Origin: Anaerocolumna sp.
GTDB taxonomy: Bacteria; Bacillota; Clostridia; Lachnospirales; Lachnospiraceae
DNA: 64,000 nt
Direction: 5' to 3'
NCBI GenBank assembly: GCA_029256725.1
Contig: JAQSXJ010000046.1
Location: 8,641 to 72,640 of the forward strand
The translations under genes were made by a program, and so were the position numbers. A model generated the notes under the pieces. It did not search any database, was not told where the DNA came from, and saw nothing but the letters and a program-made list of their open reading frames with translations. This document shows, piece by piece, positions 56,471-64,000 of this stretch (positions are counted from its first letter, which is position 1; each line of letters opens with the position of its first letter).

Positions 56471-56479
56471 TGCTATACT
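56471..56479 (+). promoter_or_regulatory. Outward-facing extended -10 in the IS110 right end
   Basis: TGCTATACT here; TGCTATAAT at 60492-60500 in copy 2. Confidence 0.5.
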
Positions 56480-56534
56480 TTTTTTAAACGAATATGAATT
56501 TTCACCCCTTTCCGTATATCTCAGTACTCCACCT

Positions 56535-56918
56535 GAGGGTTCGGGGAAGAGTATTAATCCTAATGAAATTAGATTCAGCCAAAGTTCTGTAAATGGTGCA
56601 GACGATATTATTGCAAGTATGAAAAAAGATGGTTGGGTGGGAGACCCGATCGACGTAGTAAAAATGCCTGATGGAAGTTATACCACTATTGATAATACAA
56701 GGGTTGTGGCAGCAAGACAAGCAGGGATTAATGTTAATGCTAACGTACATAGTTATAATGATCCATTGCCAAGTGGTTTTATTAACAGATTTACGACTCC
56801 AAAGGGAGTTCCCTCTACATGGGGTGAAGCTATAAACTTAAGAATACTTAAACAAAATTCAACATTTAGAGGAAATTATCCATCTGGCTCATTTGATATG
56901 CCCAAAATAAAGAATTAA
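56535..56918 (+). pseudogene. Orphan toxin C-terminal cassette, ParB/Srx-like domain
   Basis: Frame opens at the junction with EGSG; continues KSINPNEIRFSQSSV...PIDVV..DG....IDNTRV.AAR; no RBS or start codon at the junction. Confidence 0.75.
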
Positions 56919-56931
56919 AGGAGAAAAAAAT

Positions 56932-57282
56932 ATGTTAGAAAAATTAAAGGAATATGAGGATTTACTTGGTTATAAATATCCTGACGCATATCTAAAGGTT
57001 GTTGAACTTAAATTGCTTGATTATGATAACTGGTTTTTGATGGGATTTGAACAATTGGTAAATCGGAGGGATGAATTGGTTAAAAGATATCCCAAAAGAA
57101 ATTTGATTCCTTTTGCCGGAAGATACGATAGTGATGATATTGCTTGTTTTGAAATAGGTTTTGGAGAAAAAATATTTATTGTACACGACTATGCGACAGA
57201 AGGTTATGAAAGAAGGCAAGAATTTGATGATTTTTGGTCGTGGTTTATTAGTGCAATTAAAGAACTAATTGGGATAGAGTAG
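56932..57282 (+). CDS. SMI1/KNR4 (SUKH)-like immunity protein
   Basis: YEDLLGYKYPDAY, LIPFA...DDIACF, FDDFWSWF; AAGGAG RBS. Confidence 0.8.
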   Translation: MLEKLKEYEDLLGYKYPDAYLKVVELKLLDYDNWFLMGFEQLVNRRDELVKRYPKRNLIPFAGRYDSDDIACFEIGFGEKIFIVHDYATEGYERRQEFDDFWSWFISAIKELIGIE

Positions 57283-57293
57283 GAAGTGAGATC

Positions 57294-57833
57294 ATGAATT
57301 TTTCTGAATTGAGCAAGGAAATATCTTATGCTTTACGTCATGCGCCATGGGAGTATGAACTGGAAATGGATGAAAATGGATATGTACCTCTAGAGCAATT
57401 ATTATTCTCTTTACACCTAACTTCAAAATGGGAAAATATCACTGAAAAAGATTTATTAGAGATGATTGAAAAATCAGAAAAGAAGCGCCATGAAATTTAT
57501 GATGGAAAAATCAGAGCATTTTATGGACACTCCATACCAATGAAAATTGGCAAAGAAGAAAAGATGCCTCCACATATTTTATACCATGGTACAGCAAGAA
57601 GATTTATAGATTCTATTGTAACGAATGGTCTACTGCCTCAAAGCAGACAATATGTTCATTTATCACAAGATATTGAAACAGCTGAGAGCGTAGGAAAACG
57701 GCACGATATTAAGCCATGCATTTTAATAATTAATTCTCTAAAAGCTTGGAAAGATGGTATAAAATTTTATTATGGTAATGAGAAAGTATGGCTGGCAGAT
57801 ATTGTCCCTAGTAAGTATATTTCAGAAAGATAA
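57294..57833 (+). CDS. kptA: RNA 2'-phosphotransferase (Tpt1/KptA family)
   Basis: SYALRHAP, KKRHE, IRAFYGHS, LYHGT, RQYVHLS, VGKRH, VWL. Confidence 0.93.
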   Translation: MNFSELSKEISYALRHAPWEYELEMDENGYVPLEQLLFSLHLTSKWENITEKDLLEMIEKSEKKRHEIYDGKIRAFYGHSIPMKIGKEEKMPPHILYHGTARRFIDSIVTNGLLPQSRQYVHLSQDIETAESVGKRHDIKPCILIINSLKAWKDGIKFYYGNEKVWLADIVPSKYISER

Positions 57834-57927
57834 TTACATATTTTAATACTTGAAAATAACCAAAGAAGCATCTTGAAAAAGCTTAGAGTATGACTGATTC
57901 AGATTGTATTCTAAGCTTTTTATAAAG

Positions 57928-58203
57928 CTATAATTTGTCTATATATTTAAAAGCCTTTACTCCATCCATGAATCCATGTCGATACAGAAAAGCTTCTTCT
58001 AAAGCAAGTTGGCTTATAAGGGAGTCAATGTAATTTTCAACCAGTTTTTTCTCTTTGTCAGGTAAAGTTTCAATGAAAATCTCAGCCTGTAGAATTTGTT
58101 CATCTTCCTTCTTAGATTTGTTAGGCTGATTTTTGTGGAATATATCAATTAGCATATTGATTCGTTCCTGAATAAACATATCTAATAATTCTTGTTCGGT
58201 CAT
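57928..58203 (-). CDS. Small helical hypothetical protein
   Basis: GGAGGG RBS before ATG 58203; C-terminal YRHGFMDG motif. Confidence 0.65.
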   Translation of the reverse strand: MTEQELLDMFIQERINMLIDIFHKNQPNKSKKEDEQILQAEIFIETLPDKEKKLVENYIDSLISQLALEEAFLYRHGFMDGVKAFKYIDKL

Positions 58204-59085
58204 AATGCTTCCCTCCTTTGAGAACATACGATACCGAAACAGTGTCAGAAAGTCGATACCAGAAACCACTAAAAATAGATGCTTTGAATTGGATAAATAG
58301 ATCAAATGAATTCACGAAATGCTTATTGTCTTGATTCACGGTTATGGATTTAAAGGAGTCGCTCATAACCCCGTAACTTTTTCGTGTAAATGGGATTTAC
58401 GTGTAAGTGTAACCCCGGTTCTGACCCCAATGACCGCAATCCGACCCCGATGAAAAGGTTCTCTCAGTCCGCATTGCGGGCTGATGTAACACGAGCCGGG
58501 GAAGTTTTTGACCCCGGCTCTTTAACCTGCATCATTTTCGACCCCATGGTTCACCCCTGTTTTAGGGAGAAAAATAATCGGAAATTTTACGTCACCAGAT
58601 TTTAAAATTGGTTGCATATGTGCGATTTGGTGCATTGCGAAAACTGGCATATATGCGACATTTTTCTGATAAAGCAACAGGAAGATGAACAGTCTGTAGC
58701 ATTAATCTAAACAATTATCAGATAAAAAAAGATCGTTTTCAAATATGCCCAACAAGGCTTAGTAATGCTTGAATGGCATACATGTTTTGCCATCGGTTTC
58801 AAAGGTCATACAGGGGCAATATTTTGCGATACAGGGCTAACTGGAAATGGGACATCAAATCTGCGTTGCCATTGCTTTAAAGATATCTGTAAATCCCATG
58901 GTTCATGGTGAACCATGGGATTTACAGGGAACTGGTTCTATGGTAAAATGGGGCTGCCGGGGGTTACAGGGGGTAAAATTACTCTTTCTGTAGCTCCCTT
59001 TTCCATTCTTTTTTCTGCTGTTTTTCTCCTGAAAATAAAACCAGAAATGACTTGCAATTCATTTGATACAGAGTTAACATCAACA

Positions 59086-59225
59086 ACCAATAAAAGAAAT
59101 AACTTGTCCTTTCACCCATTGGTTTGTTGTAGATAGGCTGTCGAACCCTTGCGGACTCAAAAAGAGTTAACGCTGTCATCTGAGGTTGCCGGTACGGGGA
59201 CTGATTGGTTGGATACAAGATCAGG
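59086..59225 (+). ncRNA. Candidate bridge/seek RNA (copy 2)
   Basis: Guide-like segments at 59141-59149 and 59176-59184 are identical to copy 1. Confidence 0.65.
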
Positions 59226-59235
59226 AGGGAGCGAA

Positions 59236-60462
59236 TTGCAGAAAAGAGAAAATCTGCTATATGTAGGGATTGACCTGCATAAGGAAACCCATACCGCAGT
59301 GATGGTAAACTGCTGGAATGAAAAGTTAGAGGTAGTTGTGATAGAAAACAAGCCTAGTGAATTTAAAAAGCTGGCAGAAAAGGTGAACAGAAAATCCAGT
59401 ATTCTTGGATTAAATCCCATTTATGGGCTAGAGAATGCTTACGGTTATGGTAGAAGCTTAGCTGTTTGGCTCATTGAACATGGATATATCGTAAAAGACA
59501 TAAATCCAGCTCTGGCGTATGACCAGAGAAAAAGTGCACCCATGTACCGAAAAAATGATGAGTATGATGCGTATTGTGTGGCTACAGTTCTGATTAATCA
59601 GTTGCATACTTTGCCGGATGCAAAGCCGAAAGATAACGAATGGACACTGGCTCAACTAGTGAATCGAAGAGATTTATTGGTGAAAGATGGCATCCGTTTT
59701 AAGAATGGACTTCATGAGCAGATATCCATGGCATATCCCAGTTACAGTAAGTTTTTCAGCGAGATAGACGGGAAATGTGCCATGTATTTCTGGAAGACCT
59801 ACCCGTCCCCTGTCCATTTGCAGGAAAAGACGGCAGAAGAACTAACAAACGAATTTAAGGAAGTATCCCGCATTGCAAGAAGAGACAAAGCAGAATTGAT
59901 TCTGGACTGTGTTCACAATGATGGAGATACCTTTCGGGAATATCAGGAATCCAGAGATTTTATCACAACAAGTCTGGTACGGGACTTGGAACATCAAAAA
60001 GAAGAATTGGCAGGGCTTGATCAAGAAATCGAGAAAATCCTGCTTAGTTTTGATTATAAACTGACCAGTATGCCGGGAATAGGAACTTCTATTGCCAGTA
60101 AGCTGATTGCAGAAATCGGTGATATCCGAAGATTTGCCAATGCAGACAAGCTGGCAAGATTCGCTGGAGTGGCTCCTGTAAAGTTCAGTTCTGCCGGAAA
60201 AGGGAAGGAACAAAGCTCTAGGCAAGGCAACCGCCAGTTGCATGGACTATTTTATTTTCTGGCGGTAACCATGGTATCCAGACCCAAGAACGGAGCACCC
60301 AATCATCCGGTATTTTATGACTATTACATGCGAAAAATCGGTGAAGGAAAGACAAAGTCTCAGGCACTGGTCTGTATCATGCGTCGATTGGTGAACATAG
60401 TGTATGGAATGATGAAAAATAAGACGGAATACCGGGAACCACTGCCAGAAAAAGAACAGTAA
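59236..60462 (+). CDS. IS110-family DEDD recombinase/transposase (intact)
   Basis: TTG start after AGGAGG; YVGIDLHK, GLEN, KNDEYDA catalytic motifs; FAGVAPVKFSSAG serine motif. Confidence 0.95.
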   Translation: MQKRENLLYVGIDLHKETHTAVMVNCWNEKLEVVVIENKPSEFKKLAEKVNRKSSILGLNPIYGLENAYGYGRSLAVWLIEHGYIVKDINPALAYDQRKSAPMYRKNDEYDAYCVATVLINQLHTLPDAKPKDNEWTLAQLVNRRDLLVKDGIRFKNGLHEQISMAYPSYSKFFSEIDGKCAMYFWKTYPSPVHLQEKTAEELTNEFKEVSRIARRDKAELILDCVHNDGDTFREYQESRDFITTSLVRDLEHQKEELAGLDQEIEKILLSFDYKLTSMPGIGTSIASKLIAEIGDIRRFANADKLARFAGVAPVKFSSAGKGKEQSSRQGNRQLHGLFYFLAVTMVSRPKNGAPNHPVFYDYYMRKIGEGKTKSQALVCIMRRLVNIVYGMMKNKTEYREPLPEKEQ

Positions 60463-60553
60463 TTTTTCTATTTAAAAACAGCACAAAAACGTGCTATAAT
60501 TTTTTTAATGAATAAAGATTTTACCCTATGTCGGATATGTCAGTACTCCACCT

Positions 60554-60988
60554 GAGGGTTTGAGTAACGCTGTTAAAGGTGGTTCATCAGCAGATGATAT
60601 CTATGAATTATATAGAAAAGCATCTAATTCAGGTAAGTTTAAGGATTTGGATGAATTAATGCAATTGAAAAATGTCAAAAATATAGCTGCTGATGCGGGA
60701 ATTGGATTAGAAGGTATTAAAATAAAAATTGATAGAGATTCCACATTATTAGGCAAAGGTGTTTACGGTTTTACAGATGGAAAAAAAATTACGCTATATC
60801 CAGATGCTTTTACTGACACCGAAACTTTAGTAAAAACATTAGGCCATGAAAGAATGCATATTTATCAAGTAAATGTGTTTGGAAAACCAACCTCTTCGGA
60901 TATTTTAGGTAAATTTGAAAAGGCTGCATTTGGCTCAGAAAAAAGCTGGTGGGATTATTATAACTTTATGAATGGAGGAAAAAAATGA
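60554..60988 (+). pseudogene. Orphan toxin C-terminal cassette, HExxH metallopeptidase-like
   Basis: Frame opens at the junction with EGLS; ITLYPDAF...LVKTLGHERMHIYQ...FEKAA. Confidence 0.75.
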
Positions 60989-61257
60989 GTAAAGATTGGA
61001 TAAGAATGATACCTAAAATAACAGAACACTCGAAAGATAACCATGGAGTACAATGCCCCAATTGTGGAGAGTACGGAATAGATTATCTATATGTCGGGGA
61101 TGAGAAAACAAGAATTGGATATCTACAAATTTGGTGCAGAAAGTGTTTGAAAGGAATTTATGTTAGCAGAGCAATAGCTCCACCAAATGCTAAGTTTGCT
61201 ACATTTGATGAGGACTTAAAAGAAATAGTTCCTAAATATGAATTCATAAATGATTAA
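60985..61257 (+). CDS. Putative immunity protein with zinc ribbon
   Basis: Overlaps the toxin-tip stop (ATGA); CPNC...CRKC; GGAGG RBS. Confidence 0.7.
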   Translation: MSKDWIRMIPKITEHSKDNHGVQCPNCGEYGIDYLYVGDEKTRIGYLQIWCRKCLKGIYVSRAIAPPNAKFATFDEDLKEIVPKYEFIND

Positions 61258-61822
61258 GATATAATAAGTTTTATTGGCTAATATTTTTCAAAATTTTCCT
61301 GATGACCTCAAAATACATATTACAATGGCATAATCAGGGGATATAAGTGGGAAATGATTTTCTTTTATACACAAGGAAAAATATAAAATCGAAGGTAATA
61401 CATTACTTAAGAAGTTTTGGTATTATCTCCGATTTTTGTTCTTATTATCTTAGGTCTGCCAGTTCCATCAGTAGTGAAAGATGGAATTAAATGTAAACAG
61501 AACTTATTATGAAGGTAGGATGAGTATGAACAATTTCAGTTTATACATACCGGTGATGAAGTTCATAGAATATTAGTTTCAAATTAATATCTCGGTTTTG
61601 TAAAGCAGATTGTTATACTTGAATGATGGTTCATATGAAATTCTCTTTAGTAACTTTATATATTTGAAATCTTCGTGATCGAATAACTGTAAGGATTATA
61701 AAAGTAAGAATACTTATTATAATAAAGTACAATAAACCTGTATTTCATATAGAGGTTTTAAATCTATTTGATAGAATTAACATCGACAACCAATAAGCAA
61801 ATAATATTATAAACATATATCC

Positions 61823-61916
61823 ACCCCGGAAAGCAAAGGGTATCTAACTCTTGCTGCAGAAAGTCTACAGGACTTGAATCACTGCAGCAAGAGTTAGATA
61901 CCCTTTGCTCCGGGGT
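61823..61916. repeat. Long inverted repeat (28-bp perfect arms)
   Basis: 61832-61859 and 61882-61909 are perfect reverse complements, extended by ACCCCGG/CCGGGGT and a T-run. Confidence 0.85.
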
Positions 61917-62033
61917 TTTTTTATCACTATGCCGTTTTCTGCAATTTATACTTGAAATATCTCGTTATAGAGGAGAATAAAAAAATATTCTGTCATATTA
62001 AAGATAAAACAACTGAAAAGGTGAGTATTTGTA

Positions 62034-63146
62034 ATGGGTAAAAAAATTCGGCTTCCTCTTTTAATGCTGCTTTTGGTAGTATTAATTCCAATAAAAGTGC
62101 ATGCTGCAGATGCATATACCACAGATGATCTGAGAGAATTGATGGGTATGCACAGATTAACGGAAGATGATTCCATGGCAGAAATCAAAGGTATTTTAAG
62201 TACCTGTTACAAACAGAAAGAGTGGAATGAACTGGTCCTGGCACTGGGGGATGTTGATGAGGTTCAGTTAAAAGACTTTAAAGAAACAGAGGATGCCTGG
62301 TATCAGGCGAAAGATATTTTGGAAGAGGATTTTAGCAGCAATAAATCTATAGAAATTATTCTGAATGATTATGTGGAATATGAAACGGCAGCATCTCTCA
62401 GAACAGAATATACGGAGACGAATTCCTTTGAATTATCACTAATTAATAATGCTGATATCGAAGCTAAAATTGCTTATGCCAATTCTTTACTTAGCGCTGT
62501 AAATGATTATACCAATATCGGAGTGATCGGAAATAATATGAAATCCTTCACGAAAGATAAATTAATGGTATACATACCTTTTGGCAAGTCCTTTTCCATT
62601 GAGAGCGGAAAGAAACAAACCAATGACGGACTTACTGTTTCAATCCAGCAGGGACATAAAATATATTCCCAGTTTAACGGAAAGGTAACGGCAGTTACAG
62701 CTGATTCTGTCACTGTAAGAACCGGCAGTTCCCTTGAAATTGAATATACGGGTATTCAGCCACTGGTAGAAACAAAACAAAAAGTTAAACAATATAACAC
62801 TCTTGGAAAAACAAAAACAAACACTATGACGATCAGATTTAAACTGAATACGGTATATTTTGATCCGCTTTTATTGTATGGCACAAGAAGCACATCCTGG
62901 TATGAACAATGGCAAAATGCTAATCCCGGCTGCACTATTGATAAAAGTGATTATTCCCGATTACTGGATAAGTTGTCTGAAAATGCATCAGCAAAGGCAT
63001 TTGATCTTAATCAAGCTGGAGCCATGACGGACAAAGACGGTACAGCAGCACCAATAATAATTCAAGGGGATAACAAATACACCGATACTCCCGACAATAT
63101 AATAACAGAAACGACAGAACCCGGCATTATTGTTAATGGTGAATAG
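62034..63146 (+). CDS. Secreted protein with a degenerate M23 peptidase-like domain
   Basis: Signal peptide (VHA|AD); PFG...NDGL.V...G.KIYS.FNGKV..V...Y.DP pattern without the HxxxD/HxH zinc ligands. Confidence 0.55.
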   Translation: MGKKIRLPLLMLLLVVLIPIKVHAADAYTTDDLRELMGMHRLTEDDSMAEIKGILSTCYKQKEWNELVLALGDVDEVQLKDFKETEDAWYQAKDILEEDFSSNKSIEIILNDYVEYETAASLRTEYTETNSFELSLINNADIEAKIAYANSLLSAVNDYTNIGVIGNNMKSFTKDKLMVYIPFGKSFSIESGKKQTNDGLTVSIQQGHKIYSQFNGKVTAVTADSVTVRTGSSLEIEYTGIQPLVETKQKVKQYNTLGKTKTNTMTIRFKLNTVYFDPLLLYGTRSTSWYEQWQNANPGCTIDKSDYSRLLDKLSENASAKAFDLNQAGAMTDKDGTAAPIIIQGDNKYTDTPDNIITETTEPGIIVNGE

Positions 63147-63167
63147 CGGGAGGGAGAGGAGACAGTT

Positions 63168-63812
63168 ATGAAAAGTAAATTGCATATTACCAAAAAGCAA
63201 ATTATTTTATTTGTTTTATTAATGGCACTGCTATTCATTTCAATAATTGCAATTTCACGTAAAGCGAATAAAAGTCAGGAGGTTTTCAAAGAGGCGAGTA
63301 TGAAAGATTACATAGTTACAGAGTCGTTTACGGAAAAAAACGGTGATTCCACAAAAAGTTATGAGAGCCGTTATTATGCAGAAAAGAAGAAAACATATCT
63401 GTTTCTTAGTGAAGAAAACAATGTAAGGACAGATACAGTTCTTGATGAAATCGAAACAGATTTCACACGAGAAATTAGTGGTTTGCTTCTTAGCAGCACC
63501 TATAATCCTGACTTTAAGAATCTGGATAAATATGCGGATGCTTCCGGATTTATCTATAAATGCAGAATTGATGAAAGCAGGGAATTTCTAAGCAATGAGG
63601 CATTAAACGGGAAAATCAGGTTTCTCCATGAAGCTCCGTCTTACTTTGAATGTTATATTGAGAGGGAAGAAGGCAGTATAATGAGAGGTTTGCTTTTATA
63701 TGATGCTGATATGAAAAGAGGAACACTTATTTACAGGCAATGTAACAGAGACATTAAAATTCCGAAAGTACTGGATATGGTCACTGTAGTTGAAAGCAGT
63801 GAAAAACAATAA
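63168..63812 (+). CDS. Hypothetical membrane-anchored protein
   Basis: N-terminal TM helix; GAGGAG RBS. Confidence 0.65.
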   Translation: MKSKLHITKKQIILFVLLMALLFISIIAISRKANKSQEVFKEASMKDYIVTESFTEKNGDSTKSYESRYYAEKKKTYLFLSEENNVRTDTVLDEIETDFTREISGLLLSSTYNPDFKNLDKYADASGFIYKCRIDESREFLSNEALNGKIRFLHEAPSYFECYIEREEGSIMRGLLLYDADMKRGTLIYRQCNRDIKIPKVLDMVTVVESSEKQ

Positions 63813-64000
63813 TTGAACAGAAATTTAAAATTATCTGTCATATTATTCGTATAACAGAGTTTTCAGAGATTTATATTTTCGTGGACGAAACAAATATTAC
63901 AGGCCAATAGGAAGGAGGTATCCCGTAGATTTATTTTACGGTGATAACAGTTATGTACTCAAAGAAAAAATATTTTATAATGGCTACGGTGCTTGTAGTG

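Larger units (their letters stand above)
54257..56537 (+). mobile_element. IS110-family element copy 1 (long non-coding leader, recombinase, right end)
   Basis: Homologous to 58283-60556 over its full length; no terminal inverted repeats or target duplication; ends CAGTACTCCACCTGAG; the left boundary given is only the limit of homology. Confidence 0.85.
58283..60556 (+). mobile_element. IS110-family element copy 2
   Basis: Diverged homolog of 54257-56537 with the same right end CAGTACTCCACCTGAG. Confidence 0.87.

Noticed and set aside
1190-63200. Many 60-260 aa ORFs antisense to or overlapping long genes
   Set aside because: Shadow ORFs with no recognisable motifs or RBS.
1-64000. CRISPR array, tRNA or rRNA genes, reverse transcriptase/DGR
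   Set aside because: No regularly spaced direct repeats, RNA-gene signatures or RT motifs seen by eye.
63910-64000. Gene start after the GGAGG at the window end
   Set aside because: No canonical start codon at suitable spacing and too little sequence to call.

Overview
AT-rich Firmicute DNA, Lachnospiraceae/Clostridia-like by gene content (inference). Bases 1-11.5 kb hold housekeeping and accessory genes: a P-type ATPase end, a LytS-type kinase with a decayed response regulator, an aminopeptidase, galE, an IS5 element inserted in a terminator and a NERD-HRDC protein. From 11.9 kb the window is an accessory island. It has a type VII secretion (T7SSb) substrate cluster (WXG100 plus an esxC/esxB/esaE/esxD-like order), three paralogous polymorphic toxin genes with different C-termini and immunity genes, two paralogous giant secreted proteins (about 3,000-3,500 aa), a regulatory block with a sigma factor, and two IS110-family recombinase elements. 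The main finding is in 52-61 kb. Each IS110 right end abuts the motif TGAGGGTT(C/T)G, which is also the in-frame junction between the conserved toxin trunk and the variable toxin tip. An orphan toxin tip plus immunity gene follows each IS110. The non-coding leader of each IS110 carries two segments, either side of a hairpin, that match the two halves of this junction like a bridge-RNA guide loop. This suggests an RNA-guided, integron-like system that swaps T7SS toxin tips. It is a hypothesis from sequence inspection only, with no database searches.
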